Virus record (IMG/VR): IMGVR_UViG_2630968567_000005
Direction: 5' to 3' (one strand)
DNA: 20,000 nt
Source: an uncultured virus (IMG/VR IMGVR_UViG_2630968567_000005)
Lineage: Duplodnaviria > Heunggongvirae > Uroviricota > Caudoviricetes
The notes below the pieces were generated by a model. That model did not search any database and had not been told where the DNA came from. It saw nothing but the letters and a program-made list of their open reading frames with translations. A program made the translations under genes and the position numbers. Below, in pieces: positions 1-7,823 of this stretch (its first letter is position 1; every line of letters begins with the position of its first letter).

Positions 1-633
1 CAGGATGTATCCCGCGTGAGCGCCATTCTGGTAATACTTGCGGCGGAACAGTGTGGCCGCTTCATTGAGCCAAGCCGAATTTAAGCCGCTGAGATATTCC
101 GGCAGGCCATAAAGTTCCTGATTGATATCGGGTTCTATCAGGTGGAAAATGCTACCAGCTTCAAACAGGTGTTCATTTTTCCAGTTCTGCACAAACCAAT
201 AGCAATCTTTTTCCAGCCCCCGGCGGGTGTACTTGGCCGGGCTGGGGTCGAGTCGCAGTGGCGCGCCAAGTTGATTGCGGCGAACCTCTAAAAACGCATT
301 GCCAAACACCAGATAATCCAGTGCATAGCGGCTAAATGATTGCTGACTGAGCATCGAATGTGGAATAAAGGTACTCGCCAGAATATTGCGCTTCACATAC
401 AGCGGTGAGCTGTGATGCACCGCCGCCCGGAAGCTGCGCGCCAGTCCATCAAAGCTAATCGGCGGGTCATACCATTTACCGTTACCGGTGCATTCGATGT
501 AATCCAGTATTTCCCGCTTGTCGAGAACGGCGGAGGGTTCGCCAAAGGTGAATGCCTCTACCGGCTGCTGTTGGCTGGCGGTGTGATTAGTCGCCGGGCG
601 ACTTAATGCCTTGCGGCCTTTGCGCTTACTCAT
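1..633 (-). CDS. Q: Phage portal protein (P2 gpQ-like), 5' part only; runs off the left edge of the window
   Basis: Not in the ORF track because it is truncated. The minus-strand ATG at 633-631 overlaps the P stop (ATGA) and reads MSKRKGRKALS...AFTFGEPSAVLDKREILDYIEC..NGKWYDPPISFDGLARSFRAAVHHSSPLYVKRNILASTFIPH, which is typical of PBSX/P2 portals. It lies directly downstream of terminase P as in P2. Confidence 0.93.
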   Translation of the reverse strand, partial: MSKRKGRKALSRPATNHTASQQQPVEAFTFGEPSAVLDKREILDYIECTGNGKWYDPPISFDGLARSFRAAVHHSSPLYVKRNILASTFIPHSMLSQQSFSRYALDYLVFGNAFLEVRRNQLGAPLRLDPSPAKYTRRGLEKDCYWFVQNWKNEHLFEAGSIFHLIEPDINQELYGLPEYLSGLNSAWLNEAATLFRRKYYQNGAHAGYIL

Positions 634-2402
634 CCGTAAAACTCCAAGAAGTTAGGGCTGTGACCGCCATATGTCGCGGTAAGGGGTTCATTTAACAGGG
701 CGTGCATAATCGCCCACGCCACATCGGCGTGGCTGGCTTCTTCACTGCGGCTGGCGACATAAGTGGAACTCTTACCGCTGGCGGTCATAGTCTTGCGAAT
801 GGCCATAAATGACTGGGTGATATCGGTGTGGCCGGTGTCATATTCCAGACGGCCGTTATTAATGGTGTGCTTGGCTTTCAGCACCATGGCGGTTTTGATT
901 TCAGGGGTATATTTGATTTCCCTTGCGGCCGGGAAGAACTGGCGCACCAACTGGAAAACGCCTTGCCCGACGGTAGTCGCATCAATACCGATGTATTCCA
1001 CGCAATATTTATGCGTCAACTCTTCGATATGCTTGGCCTGCGCCTCAAAATCCATCCCTTTCCACTGGTGGCGCTCCAATACGCGGAACTTGCCGCCCGG
1101 CACCATTGGCGGTGCGATCACCGCGCACCCGGCACTGTCGCCGCCGTTGGCCTCGGACGGGTCGTAACCAATCCACACCGGGCGATGCCCAAACGGCCGC
1201 AACGAATACGGGTTGTAGTCTTCCCACTCTTCCAGACTGTCCACCATACAAGCCTGCAACTCGGCGAACGGGAAGACGGATGCTTGATCGTCCACAAACT
1301 CGCACATCAACAGGTTTTGATATTCTGACGGGCCGTATTCCAGTGAGAGCTGGTTGAGGTCAAACAGGTTACAGCCGCCCGCCAGTGCATCTTCAACTGT
1401 GACTATCTGCCGCCACTGACCATCATCACACAGCGCACCACGAGCCAAATGGCTGTGGCTGAGATCCAGTTGGATATGGTCGGATTTATTGCGGCGGCCT
1501 TTATTGAACAGCTCACCAGACCAAAACGGATAGGCACTGTGCGCCAGACTCGACGGGGTGGAGAAATAGGTGGTACGCCATTTTTTGTGCAATGACATGC
1601 CGCTGGCGACTTTGCGCAGCTCCTGAAACTTGGGTATCCAGAAATATTCATCAAGATAGAGATTGCCGGTGTAGCTCTGCGCGGTGCGCACGTTAGTACC
1701 GAGAAAGAACAAACGCGCACCGTTCGGTAACACCATCGGGTCGCCTTTCAGGTCAACGTCAACCATGCGGGCAAAGTCGATAATGTAGCTTTTGAACACG
1801 TGCGCCTGTGCCTTACTGGCGGACAAAAATATCTGGTTACGCCCGGTGGTGATGGCATCTAACAGCGCTTCGCGGGCAAAGAAGAAGGTAGCGCCAATCT
1901 GACGCGACTTCAGGATATTGCGGATACGGTGGGCTAGCCCGGCCTCAAACCAATTACGCTGATAATCAAAGATATTTTCGTGAAAAATGGATTCCAGTTT
2001 TTCAATCGCTGACTCGCTGAACAGGTTTTTATCCGGGGTCTTGCGCTCCCCTTTATTGCGGTTCGCCACATTCGGATTTAAATCCGCTTCGCTGCCGGTC
2101 TGGCTGTAGCGGTTCACCCGCGCCAGTCGTTCAATCTGACGGCCTAACAGGTCAATCTCTTTAAAATCCCGCCCCTCTTTGGCGTCTTTCATGATGAGCT
2201 GAATCAACCGCGCTTCCATGCTGGTTTCTACACGAGAAATAGGCGCAATGGCGTCCCACCCGTCGCGCTTCTTCCAGCTCTGCACAGTCGGCGATTTCAG
2301 GCTTAGCGTGTCCGCAATCTGGCGCACAGAAAAGCCCTGCCAGTAAAGCAAAGCCGCCTGTCGCCGTGGGTCGCTGATGATGGTGCTCGGTGTCGTATTC
2401 AT
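630..2402 (-). CDS. P: Terminase ATPase (large) subunit, P2 gpP-like
   Basis: 590 aa; N-terminus DPRRQAALLYWQGF, Walker-A-like KSRQIGAT, Walker B LYLDEYFW, C-terminal nuclease-like WIGYDP and HADVAWA; divergent from O as in P2. Confidence 0.97.
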   Translation of the reverse strand: MNTTPSTIISDPRRQAALLYWQGFSVRQIADTLSLKSPTVQSWKKRDGWDAIAPISRVETSMEARLIQLIMKDAKEGRDFKEIDLLGRQIERLARVNRYSQTGSEADLNPNVANRNKGERKTPDKNLFSESAIEKLESIFHENIFDYQRNWFEAGLAHRIRNILKSRQIGATFFFAREALLDAITTGRNQIFLSASKAQAHVFKSYIIDFARMVDVDLKGDPMVLPNGARLFFLGTNVRTAQSYTGNLYLDEYFWIPKFQELRKVASGMSLHKKWRTTYFSTPSSLAHSAYPFWSGELFNKGRRNKSDHIQLDLSHSHLARGALCDDGQWRQIVTVEDALAGGCNLFDLNQLSLEYGPSEYQNLLMCEFVDDQASVFPFAELQACMVDSLEEWEDYNPYSLRPFGHRPVWIGYDPSEANGGDSAGCAVIAPPMVPGGKFRVLERHQWKGMDFEAQAKHIEELTHKYCVEYIGIDATTVGQGVFQLVRQFFPAAREIKYTPEIKTAMVLKAKHTINNGRLEYDTGHTDITQSFMAIRKTMTASGKSSTYVASRSEEASHADVAWAIMHALLNEPLTATYGGHSPNFLEFYG

Positions 2403-2447
2403 GCCATTAGGCTACGCGACCAACCCGACTCTCTGCGCGTCCTCGCT

Positions 2448-2469
2448 GTTGTGCCAGCCCCGTCACAAC
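2448..2469. promoter_or_regulatory. Ogr/Delta-family activator binding site serving the divergent late promoters pP and pO
   Basis: GTTGTG-N10-CACAAC dyad containing an exact TGT-N12-ACA (2450-2467) midway between P and O. Candidate -10 elements are TAGCCT (minus strand, 2414-2409) and GAAACT (plus strand, 2502-2507). Confidence 0.8.
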
Positions 2470-2552
2470 TGGCTTTCGTTGTTGCCATCGCCATCCATCA
2501 GGAAACTAAGCCCCGAACCGAACAACCATAATCACACTGAATGGAGCCGCTC

Positions 2553-3407
2553 ATGGCTAAGAAAGTTTCTAAGTATTTTCGTATCGGCGTTGAGGGGGAT
2601 ACCTGCGACGGGCGAGTGATTGACGCCGACGATATCAACCAGATGGCCGAGTCATTTGACCCGCGCGTCTACGGTTGCCGCATCAATCTGGAGCATTTGA
2701 AAAGTTATTTCCCTGACAGCCCTTTCCGCCGTTATGGCGATGTATCAGCACTTAAAGCGGAAACCATTGAAGACGATTCCATCCTGAACGGTAAGCGTGC
2801 GTTGTTCGCCCAAATCAGCCCAACCGATGATTTGGTGCAGATGAACAAAGCATCGCAGAAAATCTATACCTCCATGGAAATTCGCCCGAACTTTGCCAAT
2901 ACCGGCAAAGCCTATCTGGTCGGGCTGGCAGTGACCGATGACCCCGCCAGCCTTGGGACTGAAATGCTGGAATTCAGCGCCAAAGCCAAACACAACCCAC
3001 TGGCCGCCCGTAAATCTCACCCGGATAATTTTTTCTCTGCGGCGGTTGAAGTGCAACTGGAATTTGAAGACGTGGCCGAGCCGGGTGTCACCTTACTCAG
3101 CATGGTGAAGTCAGTATTCAGTCGTAAACAGGCAACCGATGACGCCCGTTTTAATGATGTGCATGAGGCGGTGAATGCCGTGGCAGTGCATGTGCAGGAA
3201 CAGGGGGAAACCATTGAAGCCCGCTTTGCCGCCATTGAGAAACAACTCACTGACAACGTGGTGGAGCTGAAACAGAGCATCGAAAAGGGAAAACAAGGGG
3301 TTACATCCCTAGAAACCAAGCTTTCTATCACTGAAAACTTTAGCCAGACCAAGCGCCCGGAATCCACCGGCGGCAACAATCAAAACGATGTATTGACCGA
3401 CTGCTAG
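2553..3407 (+). CDS. O: Capsid scaffolding protein/protease, P2 gpO-like
   Basis: MAKKVSKYFRIGVEGDTCDGRVI...RINLEH...YLVGLAVTDDPASLGTEML. Start placed at 2553 because GGAG (2543-2546) is its SD; the ORF track starts at 2541. Confidence 0.95.
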   Translation: MAKKVSKYFRIGVEGDTCDGRVIDADDINQMAESFDPRVYGCRINLEHLKSYFPDSPFRRYGDVSALKAETIEDDSILNGKRALFAQISPTDDLVQMNKASQKIYTSMEIRPNFANTGKAYLVGLAVTDDPASLGTEMLEFSAKAKHNPLAARKSHPDNFFSAAVEVQLEFEDVAEPGVTLLSMVKSVFSRKQATDDARFNDVHEAVNAVAVHVQEQGETIEARFAAIEKQLTDNVVELKQSIEKGKQGVTSLETKLSITENFSQTKRPESTGGNNQNDVLTDC

Positions 3408-3483
3408 TTGGGGTCACTGGCCGCCGGCTGTGCGGCCCACTGGTTATTTCATTAACACCTTATTTAACTGAATCAGGATTATT

Positions 3484-4713
3484 ATGCGCCAAAAAACTCG
3501 CTTTAAATTTAATGCCTATCTGACTCGTCAAGCCGAGCTGAACGGAGTAGATACCGGCGACTTGAATAAAAAGTTCAGCGTCGAACCCTCCGTCACGCAA
3601 ACCATCATGACCCGCGTTCAAGAGTCCTCAGAATTTCTGAGCCGCATCAATATTGTGCCAGTCGCCGAGTTAACGGCTGAAAAAATCGGCTTAGGGGTGA
3701 ATGGTTCGGTTGCCAGCACCACCGATACTGATGGCGGCGACGAACGCGAAACAGCCGAGTTTGCCTCACTGGACAGTGAGAAGTACTTCTGTGAACAGGT
3801 GAATTTCGATTTCCATATGCGCTATAACACCCTTGATCTGTGGGCGCGTTATCAGGACTTCCAGACCCGTTTACGTGATGCCATTATCCAACGTCAAGCA
3901 CTTGACCGCATCATTATTGGTTTCAACGGCACGCACCGCGCTAAAACCTCTAACCGCGCGCTAAATCCGCTGTTGCAGGATATCGCGCCGGGCTGGTTAC
4001 AAAAATATCGCAACAACGCACCCAAGCGTGTTATGAGCAAAATTATCGGCGAAGATGGCGAGGTTGTGTCAGAAAAAATCCGCGTGGGTCATGGTGGTGA
4101 TTACGTCAATTTGGACGCGCTGGTGATGGATGCTCGTAGTTCCATGATTGCCGAATGGTATCAGGAAGACCCTGAACTGGTAGTCATTACGGGTCGTAAT
4201 TTGATGCAGGATAAATACTTCCCGCTGGTCAATAAAGAGCAGGACAACAGTGAAACCATCGCTGCGGATGTAATTATCAGCCAGAAACGCATCGGCAATT
4301 TACCAGCGGTCAGTGTGCCGTATTTCCCACCTAATGCGTTATTGATTACCCGTCTCGATAACCTGTCTATTTACTGGCTGGAAGATTCGCACCGCCGCCA
4401 TATTGATGAGAACGCCAAGCGTGACCGTATCGAAAACTACGAATCCATTAAACAGGATTATGTGGTGGAAGATTACGCCTGTGGCTGTCTGGTGGAAAAC
4501 ATCGAAATCTTACCGGCGAAAAAAGATAGTACCTCGGCACCTGCTGCGGCCGCATTGATGGTATCGGATGCCCCAAACTATGACGGCCTGGCTGCGGCGA
4601 TCATGGCTGCGGTGAAAGTGGCGTCTAACCCGGAGGATGCCACAGCGGAAACCGCTACTGAAATTCCCCCGGAAACCACAGAAGAAGCACCGGCCGCCAA
4701 AGGGAGTAAATAA
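3484..4713 (+). CDS. N: Major capsid protein, P2 gpN-like, with an extended Ala/Glu/Thr/Pro-rich C-terminus
   Basis: MRQKTRFKFNAYL...FSVEPSVTQT...LDLWARYQDFQ...RDRIENYES..DYVVEDY; AGGA SD upstream; located after O. Confidence 0.97.
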   Translation: MRQKTRFKFNAYLTRQAELNGVDTGDLNKKFSVEPSVTQTIMTRVQESSEFLSRINIVPVAELTAEKIGLGVNGSVASTTDTDGGDERETAEFASLDSEKYFCEQVNFDFHMRYNTLDLWARYQDFQTRLRDAIIQRQALDRIIIGFNGTHRAKTSNRALNPLLQDIAPGWLQKYRNNAPKRVMSKIIGEDGEVVSEKIRVGHGGDYVNLDALVMDARSSMIAEWYQEDPELVVITGRNLMQDKYFPLVNKEQDNSETIAADVIISQKRIGNLPAVSVPYFPPNALLITRLDNLSIYWLEDSHRRHIDENAKRDRIENYESIKQDYVVEDYACGCLVENIEILPAKKDSTSAPAAAALMVSDAPNYDGLAAAIMAAVKVASNPEDATAETATEIPPETTEEAPAAKGSK

Positions 4714-4716
4714 GTT

Positions 4717-5376
4717 ATGACCAGTCCTGCGCGTCGCCACTTTATCCAACAGTCGGCTATTGCTGCCTCACAACTGCGGGATAACCCGCTGCGCCACGCC
4801 ACCGGCTACGAGTTGATGTTGCTCAAGCTCAATGAAGATAAGCGCAAGCTGAAACAAGTACGTTCAAACGAGCGCAAAGCCGAGCTGAAGCGGCAGTTAT
4901 TGCCGGAGTACATGCCGTGGATCTCTGGCGTGTTGAGTGAGGGGAAAGGCGCGCAGGACGCCATTGTCATGACCATTATGATTTGGCGGCTGGATGCCGG
5001 GGATATTCCCGGCGCACTGGATATCGCCCGTTATGCCCTGCGTTATCAGTTAGTGCCAACTGACCGCTTTACCCGCTCTACCGCCTACCTGATTGCCGAG
5101 GAAGTCGCGGACGCTGCGGCGCGCGCCTATGCCACCGGTAAGCCGATTGATATTGAGCCTCTGCTGCAAACCATTGAGCTGATGGAAGATGAAGACATGC
5201 CCGACCAAGTGCGCGCCAAACTGCACAAAATCACCGGCTATGTGCTGCGTGACAGTGGTCGGGGCGAGTTGGCCCTGTCCCATCTTCACCGTGCACTCCA
5301 ACTGCATACCGGTTGTGGCGTCAAAAAAGACATTGAGCGACTGGCCGTGAAGTTAAAGAACGCCGCCAGCCGCTAA
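4717..5376 (+). CDS. M: Terminase endonuclease (small) subunit, P2 gpM-like
   Basis: MTSPARRH...WRLDAGDIPGALDIARYAL...DMPDQVRAKLHK...GVKKDIERL; synteny N-M-L. Confidence 0.95.
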   Translation: MTSPARRHFIQQSAIAASQLRDNPLRHATGYELMLLKLNEDKRKLKQVRSNERKAELKRQLLPEYMPWISGVLSEGKGAQDAIVMTIMIWRLDAGDIPGALDIARYALRYQLVPTDRFTRSTAYLIAEEVADAAARAYATGKPIDIEPLLQTIELMEDEDMPDQVRAKLHKITGYVLRDSGRGELALSHLHRALQLHTGCGVKKDIERLAVKLKNAASR

Positions 5377-5395
5377 CCCGAACGCTCCCCGAGCC

Positions 5396-5451
5396 GGGCG
5401 GCACGATGGCCGCAACAGGGTTTACCTTGTTAACGCCGTCGTCCACCGCCC
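5396..5451 (+). other. Long three-stem RNA hairpin in the M-L intergenic region
   Basis: GGGCGG(5396-5401)/CCGCCC(5446-5451), ACGATGGC(5403-5410)/GCCGTCGT(5435-5442) and AACAGGG(5414-5420)/CCTTGTT(5425-5431), with loop TTTA; includes G-U pairs; no U-tract. Confidence 0.6.
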
Positions 5452-5475
5452 ACCCATTCTGATATTGAGGTTGCC

Positions 5476-5949
5476 ATGACCACTGTTGTTATCCCCGCGC
5501 CACGGCCAGACAAAACGGCCGAACCGGTGATTGAAAATACCTTTTTCTGGCCTGCGGTTGACCCGATAAAACTGCGCGAGCTGTTGCGTCTTGAAGGAAC
5601 CGTCACCGCCGAGCGCCTGCGCTTCACCATCAAGAGCGCTATTGCTGAGGTCAACGCCGAGCTGTTCGAGTACCGCCGTGACCAGATGGCGGATGGTTTT
5701 AAAACACTGGCCGAGGTGCAGGCCGAGCAACTGGACGGCGAAAGCATCCTGTTGGCCGAGTACCAAAGTGCGGTCTGTGCCATTACGGCCGCGCTGCTGG
5801 CCGAGCGTTATCGCGGCTATGACGCCAGCGCGCGCGGTGATAAACGCGCGGAGGCCATTGAAAGTACCGTTGATGAGTTGTGGCGTGATGCGCGGATTAG
5901 CATTCGCAATATTGCCGGTAAGCCTCACAACATTATTGGCCTTATCTGA
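5476..5949 (+). CDS. L: Head completion/stabilization protein, P2 gpL-like
   Basis: VIENTFFWPAVD...VTAERLR...AIAEVNAEL...ERYRGYDAS...DELWRDAR; GAGG SD upstream. Confidence 0.93.
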   Translation: MTTVVIPAPRPDKTAEPVIENTFFWPAVDPIKLRELLRLEGTVTAERLRFTIKSAIAEVNAELFEYRRDQMADGFKTLAEVQAEQLDGESILLAEYQSAVCAITAALLAERYRGYDASARGDKRAEAIESTVDELWRDARISIRNIAGKPHNIIGLI

Positions 5950-6152
5950 TGCAGGTCAACGCGTTGCAAGGCGACACGCTCGACGCACTGTGCTGGCGGC
6001 ATTATGGCCGCACACAGGATGTGCTGGAGCAAGTCTATGACGCGAATCCGGGGCTGTCGGAACTGGGGGCCATTCTGCCCCACGGTTATCCGGTGGCGTT
6101 GCCCGACATGGCCCCGGCGGCCCAACGTGAAACCGTTCAATTATGGGATTGA
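5949..6152 (+). CDS. X: Tail protein X (LysM-like), P2 gpX-like
   Basis: MQVNALQGDTLDALCWRHYGRT...ANPGL..LG.ILPHG..V.LPD...VQLWD; overlaps the L stop codon (TGATG). Confidence 0.93.
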   Translation: MQVNALQGDTLDALCWRHYGRTQDVLEQVYDANPGLSELGAILPHGYPVALPDMAPAAQRETVQLWD

Positions 6153-6154
6153 AA

Positions 6155-6364
6155 ATGGAGAAAATCAGCTCTGCGCTGGCCTATGTCTTGGCGCTGGTAC
6201 TGGCGTTTATTGGCGCACTGAGTCCGCAAGATATCGCGTTTTATGTCGCGGCGGTGGCCGCTGCTGCCACCTGTCTTATCAACTGGTACTACCGGCGCAA
6301 GAGCTATTTCTTGCTGAAAGAAGTGGTTATCAGGCGGGAGGTGTTCGATGAACTCAATCGTTAA
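6155..6364 (+). CDS. Holin (HP1-family-like, two predicted transmembrane segments), at the P2 gene Y position
   Basis: MEKISS-ALAYVLALVLAFIGAL-SPQD-IAFYVAAVAAAATCLINWYYRRK: two hydrophobic helices followed by NWYYRRK; immediately upstream of the endolysin. An in-frame ATG also exists at 6143. Confidence 0.85.
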   Translation: MEKISSALAYVLALVLAFIGALSPQDIAFYVAAVAAAATCLINWYYRRKSYFLLKEVVIRREVFDELNR

Positions 6365-6854
6365 GCGCTGTCTGGTCGGGGTCATTCTGGCACTGGCCGC
6401 CACCTTGCCAAACTACCAAACCTTAAAAACATCGGCCACCGGGCTAAAACTGATTGCCGATTATGAGGGCTGCCAGCTCAACGCCTACCAATGCAGCGCC
6501 AACGTCTGGACAAATGGCATCGGTCACACCGCCGGGGTGAAGCCGGGCAGTGTTATCAGTGAGCGACAGGTGGCGGTCAATCTGGTGGCTGACGTGCAGC
6601 GGGTTGAGCGGGCAATAGCGGTGTGTATGCCGCTTGTTATGCCGCAACCGGTGTATGACGCGGTAGTGTCGTTTGCCTTTAACGTCGGCACCGGTGCGGC
6701 CTGCCGCTCGACGCTGGCCTTTTTTGTCAACAAGGGCGACTGGCGCAGCGCCTGCAATCAGTTGCCGCGCTGGGTCTATGTCAATGGCGTGAAAACCAAA
6801 GGGTTAGAGCGTCGCCGCACCACCGAGCAAACACACTGCCTGAGCGGGGTCTGA
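6348..6854 (+). CDS. SAR endolysin, GH24 (T4-lysozyme-like) muramidase
   Basis: N-terminal weakly hydrophobic Gly/Ala-rich anchor (KRCLVGVILALAATLP), catalytic triad E40-X8-C49-X5-T55 (EGCQLNAYQCSANVWT), AVVSFAFNVG and GLERRR motifs. Confidence 0.93.
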   Translation: MNSIVKRCLVGVILALAATLPNYQTLKTSATGLKLIADYEGCQLNAYQCSANVWTNGIGHTAGVKPGSVISERQVAVNLVADVQRVERAIAVCMPLVMPQPVYDAVVSFAFNVGTGAACRSTLAFFVNKGDWRSACNQLPRWVYVNGVKTKGLERRRTTEQTHCLSGV

Positions 6855-6855
6855 T

Positions 6856-7272
6856 ATGCGCATAGTCATGATGGTGATAGTCGCGTTACTGGTTGCGCTG
6901 GGATGGTATGCCAACCGCCTGAGCCACGATATCGACAGTGCCAACCGGATTATTGGCACCTTATCCGCCGGAATTGAGAGCCGGGACAATGCGATCACCC
7001 GCCTGCAAGATGAGGCCCGGCAACAGGCAGACAATGAGCGGGCATTACGGCAATCACTGGGCCATGCCAGCACCTTGTCATTATCCCGTGAACAGAGAAT
7101 TCAAAGGTTACTCAATGAAAATAAAGTCTTGCGTGATTGGTTCGCTACTGCTTTGCCTGCTGACGTTATCCGGCTGCACCAGCGCCCCACGTTCGCCAAC
7201 CCCAACGATTATTTACGTTGGCTGTCCGACAGTGAACAGTTGCCCGCTACCGGGCAGCAACCCGGCGGTTAA
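6856..7272 (+). CDS. lysB: Inner-membrane spanin (Rz-like), P2 LysB-like
   Basis: N-terminal TM helix, coiled-coil body, C-terminal RLLNENKVLRDWFATALPADVIRLHQRP typical of LysB; follows the endolysin. Confidence 0.9.
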   Translation: MRIVMMVIVALLVALGWYANRLSHDIDSANRIIGTLSAGIESRDNAITRLQDEARQQADNERALRQSLGHASTLSLSREQRIQRLLNENKVLRDWFATALPADVIRLHQRPTFANPNDYLRWLSDSEQLPATGQQPGG

Positions 7273-7429
7273 CGGTGATTTAAGTGCCGATATCCGCCAG
7301 TTAGAAGCCGCACTGGTGGCCTGTGGGCTGCAAGTGGAAGCCGTTAAACAGTGTCAGGAACAACACCATGTTAAAACCCAAACTGTTACGCCAAGCCTTA
7401 ACCGACAGTCTGCAACTGTTCCAGACTAA
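7115..7429 (+). CDS. lysC: Outer-membrane lipoprotein spanin (Rz1-like), P2 LysC-like
   Basis: Internal ATG of the 6938..7429 ORF gives MKIKSCVIGSLLLCLLTLSG-C (lipobox LSGC), Pro-rich TSAPRSPTP, then CP.V..C.LP...NGDL..DIRQLEAALVACGLQVEAVKQCQ. Overlaps the lysB 3' end and the R 5' end. Confidence 0.88.
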   Translation: MKIKSCVIGSLLLCLLTLSGCTSAPRSPTPTIIYVGCPTVNSCPLPGSNPAVNGDLSADIRQLEAALVACGLQVEAVKQCQEQHHVKTQTVTPSLNRQSATVPD

Positions 7430-7823
7430 CCCGGAGCGGCTGAAAATGTTTGTTGATGGCGGGCGCATTGTCTCAACACTGGCCCCGTCGCTGTCTTTTG
7501 AAAATCAATATACGCTGACACTGTTTATTGAGGATTTCCCCAGTGATGTTGATTATCTCTTTGTGCCGATTTTGGCATGGCTGCGGGAGCATCAACCTGA
7601 CATTATGGCGACAGAAGAAAAGCGCCGCACCGGCTTTATTCATAAGGTTGATGTCATTAGCGATGTGCTGAGTGATATCCGTATCGACCTACAATTGACC
7701 GAGCGGGCCATTGTGAAAGAGGTAGACGGTGCACTGCATGTTAACCATGCGCTGGAACCGGCGTGGCCGGGTACGCCAACACGGCCAACAGCCATCTACT
7801 TTAACGGTGAAACAGTCAAATGA
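7368..7823 (+). CDS. R: Tail completion protein, P2 gpR-like
   Basis: MLKPKLLRQAL...NPERLKMFVDGG.IVSTLAPSLSFE.QYTL...LAWLREHQPD...IDLQLTER; start at the ATG 7368 (the ORF track extends to 7323). Confidence 0.92.
   Translation: MLKPKLLRQALTDSLQLFQTNPERLKMFVDGGRIVSTLAPSLSFENQYTLTLFIEDFPSDVDYLFVPILAWLREHQPDIMATEEKRRTGFIHKVDVISDVLSDIRIDLQLTERAIVKEVDGALHVNHALEPAWPGTPTRPTAIYFNGETVK

Noticed and set aside
412..1720. Several short ORFs overlapping Q and P (412-606, 763-1167, 828-1328, 1045-1305, 1106-1357, 1403-1720)
   Set aside because: All overlap well-supported portal or terminase genes on the opposite strand or another frame and have no protein-like motifs.
6938..7114. N-terminal 59 codons of the 163-aa ORF 6938..7429
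   Set aside because: The lipoprotein signal peptide begins at ATG 7115; the upstream part is just an open alternative frame of lysB.
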